Assembly: GCA_045597505.1 (NCBI GenBank)
Contig: JAZLKE010000030.1
Span: forward strand, 2,042-66,041
DNA from: Clostridia bacterium
GTDB lineage: Bacteria > Bacillota > Clostridia > Christensenellales > UBA1242
Reading direction: 5' to 3'
Length of the DNA: 64,000 nucleotides
Under the pieces are notes generated by a model. It was given only the letters and a program-made list of their open reading frames with translations, was not told the DNA's origin and searched no databases. The translations under genes were made by a program, and so were the position numbers. Below, piece by piece: positions 52,504-60,248 of the stretch; position 1 is the stretch's first letter; each line of letters begins with the position of its first letter.

Positions 52504-53547
52504 ATGTTTAAAATTGGTGTTATTTATGGTGGAAATAGTACGGAACATGATATTTCAATTTTGACGGGTTTACATTTGGCAAAACACGTGACCGAAGATT
52601 ATCAAGTGCGGTTAATTTATTTAACACATGAGCAACGCGCCGTGGTTGGCAGTCGTAAAATTGATGATTATATTTCTGGGCGAGCTAGTAAAGCACGACT
52701 TTTCCGTGATTGGCAAAAATTGGATTGTGTTGTGAATTGTTGTCATGGTGGTATGGGCGAAGATGGAACCTTGGCGGCTTTTTTGAAATTTCAAGGTGTG
52801 CCGATAACCAGTTGTGAAGCGGTATCAGGTTGGTTACAGCAAAGTAAAATTGCAACCCGACAAATTTTGTCTAAAGCAGGTTTTGTGCAACCTGAATTTC
52901 AAATCTTAACCGTTAATGCGATTAAACAAATTAAATTGCCATTGCCTGTGGTTGTTAAACCAGAATTACAAGGCAGTTCGATTGGGATTACGGTGGCACA
53001 TAATCAAACCGAATTACAACAAGCGTTAGATACGGCTTTTGGTTTAGACCATCGTGTAATCGTTGAAAAATACATTGCGGATATGCGAGAAGTGAACGTA
53101 GCCGTGATGCGGGAAAATGGGCGAGTTGTGACTTCGGCGTTGGAAATTGTGGGTGGAGAAAAGTTTTTTTCGTTCGATGAAAAATACTTTAACGCGGACA
53201 GCGGGTTTGTTAAAAAAAGCGGTCGTACGCCCGACGATGAATTTTTGAAAAAAATAGAAAAGCCAATCAAGGAGTTGGCGGTGCGAGCTTATGAACTGTT
53301 CAATGCCAGTGGTGTGGTGCGGGTTGATTTTATGGTACAGGGCGAAAAAATTATCTTAAATGAAATCAATACTGTACCTGGATTTATGGCGTATCATTTA
53401 TGGTTGAAAGCCAAGGTGCCGTATGGGGTGGTAATTGATAACATGGTACAAGATGCAATCATGCGAAAACAGCAAAATAAACGTTTGATTACACGTTATA
53501 ACAGTGAAATTTTGCAGAAAAATCGGGAATTAGTGGTTGAAATTTAA
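52504..53547 (+). CDS. ddl: D-alanine--D-alanine ligase
   Basis: MFKIGVIYGGNSTEHDISILTG start, HGGMGEDGTLAAFL, ATP-grasp VVVKPELQGSSIGI, C-terminal LNEINTVPGF. Confidence 0.9.
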   Translation: MFKIGVIYGGNSTEHDISILTGLHLAKHVTEDYQVRLIYLTHEQRAVVGSRKIDDYISGRASKARLFRDWQKLDCVVNCCHGGMGEDGTLAAFLKFQGVPITSCEAVSGWLQQSKIATRQILSKAGFVQPEFQILTVNAIKQIKLPLPVVVKPELQGSSIGITVAHNQTELQQALDTAFGLDHRVIVEKYIADMREVNVAVMRENGRVVTSALEIVGGEKFFSFDEKYFNADSGFVKKSGRTPDDEFLKKIEKPIKELAVRAYELFNASGVVRVDFMVQGEKIILNEINTVPGFMAYHLWLKAKVPYGVVIDNMVQDAIMRKQQNKRLITRYNSEILQKNRELVVEI

Positions 53548-53577
53548 TTGATTACATGGTACAATTTTATTTGTATT

Positions 53578-55965
53578 ATGAGCAAATATGACAGTACAAT
53601 TTTATTAAATAAAACGCCAGCGTCTTTTATGGAAAACGCTTTTTTGGACGGCAGTATTTTAGGTAATGGCCGTGTAGGTGTTGCAATCTTGGGGGCTATC
53701 TCCAATGAACAAATTTTAATTAACCATAGCGCATTGGTACACCATGGTAAAAATGGTGTTTTGCAAGATGTCAGCGATGACTTTATGACTTTGCGCAAAA
53801 AGTTCGCGGACGGCAAAATGTTGGAAGCCGAACAAATGTTGGAAAAATCTTTTATCAAGAAAAATTGCCACTTGGCACCAGCACAACCAAAGCCGATGGT
53901 GAAAGTAAAGTTGGACTTTTATAACACGGGCGTAATTACCAATTATGAACGTGTGACCGATATGAAAAATGGCGAATTGGGCGTCAGTTTCTGTGCAGAC
54001 GAAAAGGAACAAACAGTGCGTCGTCTTTCGTTGGCAAAATCAACTGATATTATTGCTTACCATGTAGGTAAAACCAATGGTAAAATTCGCGTAACTATTC
54101 AATTGCAACCGTGTGATGTTGGTTGCAAGTTTAACCAAGTCAAATACGAAAATGGTTATTTCTATTTCAGTTCTCGCAGTGAAAATGGTCGCGACTATGG
54201 TTTAGTTATGCGCTTAATTGTGGCTGGTGGTACAGTGAATGTAACAGGTAATGCCGTGACTTTGAAAGATGCTAACGAATTAACAATTTTGGCGAAACCG
54301 TTTGCCAATTCTGATGCTTATAATGAATTCAGCAAAATCAAAATGGAATTGTCTTTGATTAAAGATAATTACAACAAATTGGCAACACGTAATGCGGTTC
54401 CGTTTAAGAAGGCTTTTGAAGAAACTGATTTAATTTTGGGTACTGCTAAAACCGAAGAAGATTTCAAAGACTTTATTGATAAAACCAACAATAACGAATT
54501 GGCACCTGAATTAGTAGAGCGCATGTGGAATTTTGCAAAGTATTTGTCAATTTGTTTGGACGGCGGTTTGTTAACTCCTGCGGGCTTGTGGTGTGCTGAT
54601 AATAATTGTGATAATGGTGTGGCCGCGTTAGATGGTGTTGCGCAATTATTGTATACAGGTGTAACTAAAACATTTACGCCAGAAGCATTGTTGAAATTGT
54701 TGGATTATTATATGCATTATGAATCCGATTTGAAAAAGAATGCTGCGCGTGTTTACGGTATGCGTGGTTATTTTGTACCGCGTATTACGGCGATGGATTC
54801 CGCGACCTTTGGTGCGGTTGATGCTGCGACTTTGCATTTTATTGCTTCGTCAGCGTTGGCTGCCAATATGTTCTATGAATACTATTTAACCACAGGGGAC
54901 GAAAAAACTTTGAAGAGTAAAATTTTCCCGTTCATGCGTGGAGTGTTTGAATTCTATTCGGATTTCTTGAAACTTGATGCTTCGGGAAAATACATGACAA
55001 TTCCAAGTTACAGTCCGAACGCGACTCCCGGTAACTTGGTTGCTGGTCGTCCGTTGGTAAATTTCGCGTTAGCATCTTCGTCGACTATCGATTTCTTGGC
55101 GTTGCAAACTTTGTTGAATAATTTGGTTAGTGCTGCCAAAATCCTTAACACAGCCAAAGACGATATTGCAGTATGGCAAGATATGTTATCCAAAATTCCG
55201 ACTTTGAATGTTAACGGCGAAGGTTGTTTGAAAGAATATACAAATTCGGTTTTTGTGGATAAAATTGAAAATGCTGGTGTTATGCACGGCTATGGTTTGT
55301 ATCCGTTAAAGAATTTCATGACCCAAGATCCGATGATTACTTATCGTCCGTCCGTAATTCAAGGTTCAACTCCGGAAGCCGAAATTACGGCAACAGTGGC
55401 TAGTGCCAACGCGGTTAAAGCGCGTGTACGTAATGCGGCTTCGTATCAGCCGACCCGTAACTTGGTTATGGCGGCTTGCCAATTGGCTTATGCTGGTGAT
55501 GTAACCGAAGTTAAAAACTTGTTAGTTAAAATTGTTAATAGTTCGGCAACTCCGTCTGGTTTATTTTTGTCAAACGATTGGCGCGGTTCAGGTATGACCA
55601 CTAACGACAAGCCAAACTTGGACGTGGCGGTTTCAATGGGTGTGGGTACTGCAATTACCGATTGCGTTTTGCAAAGTTCGTCTAACATTTTACGCGTATT
55701 GCCAATTTTAATTGATCCGTTGATGACTGGTAGTGCGAAAAACTTGGCAACTGATTTCGCTGCAAAAGTTTCGTTGAATTGGGATACCAGTAAAGGCAAA
55801 ATCAGTTTGAAAATTTTGCCGAGTAAAACTACCACGATTAAAGTCATCTTCAATAACGCTTTCCGTAAAGTACGCAATAAAGATTTGGCATGGAATAAAA
55901 ACATTAACGGTATTGAAGAATTGAAATTAACTGCGGGTAAAGTTTGTTCGATAGAATTAGGTTAA
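53578..55965 (+). CDS. Glycoside hydrolase family 95-like protein (alpha-L-fucosidase-like), apparently cytoplasmic
   Basis: N-terminal PASFMENAFLDGSILGNGRVGVAILG...EQILINHSAL resembles the GH95 N-terminal domain signature (PA..W.eAlPiGNGrlGamvfG..E.i.lNe.tLW). ~795 aa. No signal peptide. Confidence 0.55.
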   Translation: MSKYDSTILLNKTPASFMENAFLDGSILGNGRVGVAILGAISNEQILINHSALVHHGKNGVLQDVSDDFMTLRKKFADGKMLEAEQMLEKSFIKKNCHLAPAQPKPMVKVKLDFYNTGVITNYERVTDMKNGELGVSFCADEKEQTVRRLSLAKSTDIIAYHVGKTNGKIRVTIQLQPCDVGCKFNQVKYENGYFYFSSRSENGRDYGLVMRLIVAGGTVNVTGNAVTLKDANELTILAKPFANSDAYNEFSKIKMELSLIKDNYNKLATRNAVPFKKAFEETDLILGTAKTEEDFKDFIDKTNNNELAPELVERMWNFAKYLSICLDGGLLTPAGLWCADNNCDNGVAALDGVAQLLYTGVTKTFTPEALLKLLDYYMHYESDLKKNAARVYGMRGYFVPRITAMDSATFGAVDAATLHFIASSALAANMFYEYYLTTGDEKTLKSKIFPFMRGVFEFYSDFLKLDASGKYMTIPSYSPNATPGNLVAGRPLVNFALASSSTIDFLALQTLLNNLVSAAKILNTAKDDIAVWQDMLSKIPTLNVNGEGCLKEYTNSVFVDKIENAGVMHGYGLYPLKNFMTQDPMITYRPSVIQGSTPEAEITATVASANAVKARVRNAASYQPTRNLVMAACQLAYAGDVTEVKNLLVKIVNSSATPSGLFLSNDWRGSGMTTNDKPNLDVAVSMGVGTAITDCVLQSSSNILRVLPILIDPLMTGSAKNLATDFAAKVSLNWDTSKGKISLKILPSKTTTIKVIFNNAFRKVRNKDLAWNKNINGIEELKLTAGKVCSIELG

Positions 55966-55984
55966 ATCACATATAAATAATGGT

Positions 55985-57013
55985 ATGCGAACCATTGTAT
56001 TAACAGGTGGTGGCACGGCTGGTCATGTCTTGCCACAAATGGCTTTGTTGCCATATTTGAAATCATATTTCGACCAAATTATTTACATGGGTGGCAATGG
56101 AATTGAGAAAACAATTGCTACACAAAACGGTTTATCTTACCGCGAAATCACTACGGTAAAATTGCGCCGAACTTTAACACCAAAGAATTTGTTAATTCCG
56201 TTTAAGTTGTGCAAAGGAATTCGGCAAGCCAAAAAGTATTTACGCGAAATAAAACCCGCCGTTGTGTTTTCTAAGGGCGGGTTTGTGGCTTTGCCAGTGG
56301 TTATTGCGGCGGCAAGTTTAGGTATTAAAGTGGTGGCGCACGAAAGCGATATGTCATTGGGATTAGCTAACCGTTTAACCGCGAAGAAGTGCCAAACGTT
56401 ATGTACAACTTTCCCATTGAATGAGGCGAAGTATCCACAGATGGTACAAACTGGTGCCATTATTCGCCAAGAAATTTATCAAGGTGACACTAATCAAATC
56501 AAACTGCCTGTTAATGGTAAACCAAATTTATTAGTCATGGGCGGCAGTTTGGGCGCGGCCGCAATTAACCAAACAATTTGGTATGCGTTAGATAAGCTTT
56601 GCGAGAATTGGAATGTGTTGCATCTTACAGGTAAAGGTAAAAGCAACCCAAGTTATCAACATGCTAATTATCGGCAAGTCGAATATCTTGACCAACCGCA
56701 ACACGCTTTCGCGTGGGCTGATGTTGTGTTGGCACGTGCAGGCTCGGGTACCGTGTCGGAAATCCTTGCTTTGAAGAAACCCGCAGTTTATATTCCGTTG
56801 CCCAAAACGGAAAGCCGTGGTGACCAAATTCAAAATGCGAAATACATGAAAAGTTTGGGTGTTTGTGAAATTTTGCCACAAGAAGAATTAAGTGTTACGC
56901 GTTTATTGGAAGTTTTGAATCAAGTTTATCAGGACCGACAACGGTACATTTTGAACTGTGGAAAACAAGATTGGATTGATGGTACCGCAAAAATTATTGA
57001 TTACTTAAAATAA
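55985..57013 (+). CDS. murG: UDP-GlcNAc:undecaprenyl-PP-MurNAc-pentapeptide GlcNAc transferase
   Basis: MRTIVLTGGGTAGHVLPQMAL, GGFVALPVVIAA, ARAGSGTVSEILALKKPAVYIPLP. Confidence 0.9.
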   Translation: MRTIVLTGGGTAGHVLPQMALLPYLKSYFDQIIYMGGNGIEKTIATQNGLSYREITTVKLRRTLTPKNLLIPFKLCKGIRQAKKYLREIKPAVVFSKGGFVALPVVIAAASLGIKVVAHESDMSLGLANRLTAKKCQTLCTTFPLNEAKYPQMVQTGAIIRQEIYQGDTNQIKLPVNGKPNLLVMGGSLGAAAINQTIWYALDKLCENWNVLHLTGKGKSNPSYQHANYRQVEYLDQPQHAFAWADVVLARAGSGTVSEILALKKPAVYIPLPKTESRGDQIQNAKYMKSLGVCEILPQEELSVTRLLEVLNQVYQDRQRYILNCGKQDWIDGTAKIIDYLK

Positions 57014-57638
57014 AATTGGTTTCGCCGTTTTGTGCGTTAGCGTTTTCGCAATCAATTTGGTTAATTGAAATTTCGTACGCGGTACGGGTTTGTACGTCGC
57101 CATTTTCTAGGCGTTTTTGATATTCACGACTTTGAATGCGTCCGTAAATGTGTACTTGTTCGCCGACCATAATGTTTTTAGCAAAACGAGCGTTACGACC
57201 CCAAGCAATCGCGGGTAAATAATCACTTTTATTGCCAGCTCGATTACACGCAATTAACAAGTCAGCAATTTCGCGATTGAATGGCGTTGTGCGGTAGACT
57301 GGGGCTTTACAAATATAACCAGATAATTCAATCATGTTCGGGTTAGTGGTGTCGATGTCGTCGGTAATTTCGTGGACGTAGACGGTCAGCATCAGACGGC
57401 TACGGTTGTTTTCTATTTTATTATAACTGCGGAATTCGCCGATGATGGCTAAGTTGTCGCCCAATTTAACATTGTATTGTTCGACAAGGTCACGATGTAA
57501 AGTGACAGGAATGGTGTCGACGATGCTCGACAAACGACGAACCGAAATTTGAAGATTACAGTAATCACTACCGTAATAATCGTCACACGGGGTCGGGTTG
57601 CTGACCACCAATCCATAAAGATAAACTTTGTTTTCCAT
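56994..57638 (-). CDS. Tandem-OB-fold single-stranded DNA-binding (SSB)-like protein without acidic C-terminal tip
   Basis: Strong SD AAAAGGAG. Both halves follow the SSB OB pattern: half 1 is NKVYLYGLVVSNP...IPVTLHRDLVEQY.VKLGDNLAIIGEFRSY, and half 2 is IELSGYICKAPVYRTT...LPAIAWGRNARFAKN.MVGEQVHIYGRIQSREYQ. It ends ...NGETNFILSNQ. Confidence 0.6.
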   Translation of the reverse strand: MENKVYLYGLVVSNPTPCDDYYGSDYCNLQISVRRLSSIVDTIPVTLHRDLVEQYNVKLGDNLAIIGEFRSYNKIENNRSRLMLTVYVHEITDDIDTTNPNMIELSGYICKAPVYRTTPFNREIADLLIACNRAGNKSDYLPAIAWGRNARFAKNIMVGEQVHIYGRIQSREYQKRLENGDVQTRTAYEISINQIDCENANAQNGETNFILSNQ

Positions 57639-57702
57639 AATTTTGTTTTTCTCCTTTTATTTTTTTATGGTAATGATTTCAAGATATTGAGTTCTGGAAA
57701 AT

Positions 57703-57783
57703 TCGACAATCGCGAATAAAGTCGAAACTAGTTGAAATTTTGTCGAAATTTAGCGTAATCAATCGAAACCGCATCAATTTAAC
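57703..57783. promoter_or_regulatory. Array of phased TCGAAA direct repeats in the ssb-like/comM divergent spacer
   Basis: TCGACA at 57703, TCGAAA at 57722, TTGAAA at 57732, TCGAAA at 57743, TCGAAA at 57763. The last three lie in contiguous ~21-bp units (GTCGAAACTAGTTGAAATTTT / GTCGAAATTTAGCGTAATCAA / TCGAAACCGCATCAATTTAAC). Confidence 0.5.
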
Positions 57784-57801
57784 ATGATAAATTTAATTTA
57801 G

Positions 57802-57840
57802 TTTACTTTACTGCCACTTTGTTGTAATTTTTTACTTATA
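57802..57840 (+). promoter_or_regulatory. Possible promoter of comM (near-leaderless)
   Basis: TTTACT (57802..57807), 17 nt spacer, TAATTT (57825..57830), 10 nt, ATG 57841. No SD. Weak hexamers. Confidence 0.3.
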
Positions 57841-59388
57841 ATGATAGCAATTAAAAGTTTTGGTATCACGGGGGTAAGCGGTTACATCGTTGATGTTGAA
57901 GTTGATATTGCCAAAGGTTTGCCTGGTTATACTTTGGTTGGATTGCCGGATAACGCAGTGAAAGAAGGTAAAGAACGCGTTAAAAGTGCGATTATTAACC
58001 TTGACTATAAGTTTCCAGTTGGCAATGTCGTGATTAATTTGGCACCAGCGTCCGCGAAAAAAGAAGGGGCAATTTATGATTTACCAATTGCAGTTGGCAT
58101 TTTGGCAAATGCGCGTATCATTACTAAACCACTGAACGATTGGGCATTTATGGGGGAATTATCTTTGAACGGAGAATTACGCCGTGTAAATGGGGTGTTG
58201 CCAGCGCTTTTAATTGCGGTAGAACATGGAATTAAAAATGTGATTATTCCGTTCGACAATTACCGTGAAGCTTCTTTTGTGTCTGGAATTAATGTTTATA
58301 CGGCGCGTAATTTGGGCGATGTGGTAAATTATTTTGCTGGCGATATGTTAGAGCCTGCACCATTGGTACCAGTCGAAAAAGCCGATTTTGAAAATTTGTT
58401 GGCGGACGCAACTTATCCATGTGATATGAAATATGTACGCGGTCAGTTTGTGGCTAAACGTGCTTTGGAAATTGCGGCAGCGGGTGGTCATAATATTATT
58501 TTAATTGGTCCACCTGGTAGTGGTAAAACTATGTTAGCGAAATGCTTTCAAACAATTTTGCCACCGATGACTTTCAGCGAAAGTATGGAAACCACCAAAA
58601 TTCACAGCTGTGCGGGATTGTTAGATGCCGAGCATGGCATCGTCTTGACTCGTCCTTTCCGTTGTCCGCACCATACGGCGTCCAGCGTATCTTTGGCGGG
58701 TGGTGGTAAATACGCACGACCTGGGGAAATTTCATTGGCACACAATGGTGTTTTGTTTTTAGATGAAATGCCGGAATATAATCGCAATTGTTTGGAATTA
58801 TTACGCCAACCATTAGAGAATCATAACATTATGATTTCGCGAGCTTCTATGACCGCGGAATATCCAGCTTCTTTTGTTTTGGTGGCCAGTATGAATCCGT
58901 GTCCGTGTGGTTATTATGGCAGTCGGATTCAACGTTGTAAATGTACTCAATCTAAAATACAACATTATTTGGGTAAAATTTCGGGACCATTACTTGACCG
59001 AATTGATTTACATATTGAAGTTGACCAAGTGACTTATGATGATTTAACCAATGATAAATTAGCGGAAGATAGTGCTTCGATTCGTAAACGGGTAACCGCT
59101 GCGCGCGCAATTCAAAATAAACGGTTTGCTGGAACTGCAATTCATTGTAATGCGACAATGGACGCCGCAATGACCAAGAAATATTGTGCGTTAGATGGCG
59201 AAAGTGAAAAAATTTTGAAGACGGCTTTTGAAAGTTTGAACTTGTCGGCGCGGGCTTATACTCGCATTTTGAAGGTCGCGCGTACAATTGCAGATTTGGC
59301 TGGGGCGGAAGAAATTTTGCCAGAACATTTGAGTGAGGCAATTTCGTACCGCAGTTTAGACCGTTTCAACCGAGGTGCAAATGAGTAA
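57841..59388 (+). CDS. comM: Mg-chelatase-like AAA+ protein YifB/ComM
   Basis: N-terminal Lon-protease-like domain (VDVEVDIAKGLPGYTLVGLPD), Walker A GPPGSGKTMLA, LFLDEMPEY, zinc-like NPCPCGYYG. Confidence 0.9.
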   Translation: MIAIKSFGITGVSGYIVDVEVDIAKGLPGYTLVGLPDNAVKEGKERVKSAIINLDYKFPVGNVVINLAPASAKKEGAIYDLPIAVGILANARIITKPLNDWAFMGELSLNGELRRVNGVLPALLIAVEHGIKNVIIPFDNYREASFVSGINVYTARNLGDVVNYFAGDMLEPAPLVPVEKADFENLLADATYPCDMKYVRGQFVAKRALEIAAAGGHNIILIGPPGSGKTMLAKCFQTILPPMTFSESMETTKIHSCAGLLDAEHGIVLTRPFRCPHHTASSVSLAGGGKYARPGEISLAHNGVLFLDEMPEYNRNCLELLRQPLENHNIMISRASMTAEYPASFVLVASMNPCPCGYYGSRIQRCKCTQSKIQHYLGKISGPLLDRIDLHIEVDQVTYDDLTNDKLAEDSASIRKRVTAARAIQNKRFAGTAIHCNATMDAAMTKKYCALDGESEKILKTAFESLNLSARAYTRILKVARTIADLAGAEEILPEHLSEAISYRSLDRFNRGANE

Positions 59389-60235
59389 TGTACTACTTAT
59401 CCGTTTAGGTGATTTGAATTATCCTAAGGCGTTGTTAGATTTGAAAGATCCACCCAAACAATTGTATGTGAAAGGAAATTTGGATTTATTAAACAAACCG
59501 ACCGTTTCAATTGTTGGCACGCGTGATTGTACTAGGTATGGTTTAATGGTTGCCAAGGAATTGGCGGAACATTGTGCGGCTGCGGGGTATGTGGTAATTT
59601 CGGGACTGGCCGAAGGAATTGATACCGCCGCACACCAAGGTGCGAAAGATGCGACAATCGCAGTTTTGGGAAATGGTGTAGATGTTTATTATCCCAGTAT
59701 GAATCGTGACTTACAAGATTATATTGGCGAACATGGTTTATTGATTTCAGAATATCCACCTGAATTACATGCTGATAAAACGACTTTTCCACAACGTAAC
59801 CGTATCGTAGCCGCCTTAGGACAAGCTGTAATTGCGGTTGAGGCCGATTTGCATAGTGGAACGCTGATTACAATTCGCAAAGCGCAGGAACTAAACCGTG
59901 CCGTTTATGCGGTGCCTGGAAACATCAATTGTTATGCCAGTCAAGGAACCAATGATTTGATAGCCAATCACGGTGCACAAATGATTATTAACGCAGAAGA
60001 TTTGATTAAAAAGTTGACAGGAAGAACAGGAAAAGGTAAAAAAAATACGCCAGCAAAACAAATCAGTTTGGAGCAACAAAACATTCTGAATATCTTAAAA
60101 ACGGACGAAATCCACTTTGACGACTTGGTCGTAGAAAGCGGGTTGTCCGTACCACAGCTGTCAACACTCTTGACAAATATGGAAATGATTGGTTTAATAG
60201 AGAAACTGCCTGGCAACTATTTTGTTGCAAAGTAA
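59381..60235 (+). CDS. dprA: DNA processing protein DprA (Smf)
   Basis: VGTRDCTRYGLMVAKEL...VISGLAEGIDTAAHQGA and FPQRNRIVAAL motifs. SD GAGGTG before ATG 59381. Overlaps the comM stop. Confidence 0.85.
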   Translation: MSNVLLIRLGDLNYPKALLDLKDPPKQLYVKGNLDLLNKPTVSIVGTRDCTRYGLMVAKELAEHCAAAGYVVISGLAEGIDTAAHQGAKDATIAVLGNGVDVYYPSMNRDLQDYIGEHGLLISEYPPELHADKTTFPQRNRIVAALGQAVIAVEADLHSGTLITIRKAQELNRAVYAVPGNINCYASQGTNDLIANHGAQMIINAEDLIKKLTGRTGKGKKNTPAKQISLEQQNILNILKTDEIHFDDLVVESGLSVPQLSTLLTNMEMIGLIEKLPGNYFVAK

Positions 60236-60248
60236 GTTGAGGAGACAC

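Noticed and set aside
57711-57718. CGCGAATA resembling the streptococcal ComX cin-box (TACGAATA) upstream of comM/dprA
   Set aside because: Only 6 of 8 positions match, and it lies ~125 nt from the comM ATG with no T-tract context. There is no ComX-type sigma in the window. It sits inside the TCGAAA repeat region, which explains it better.
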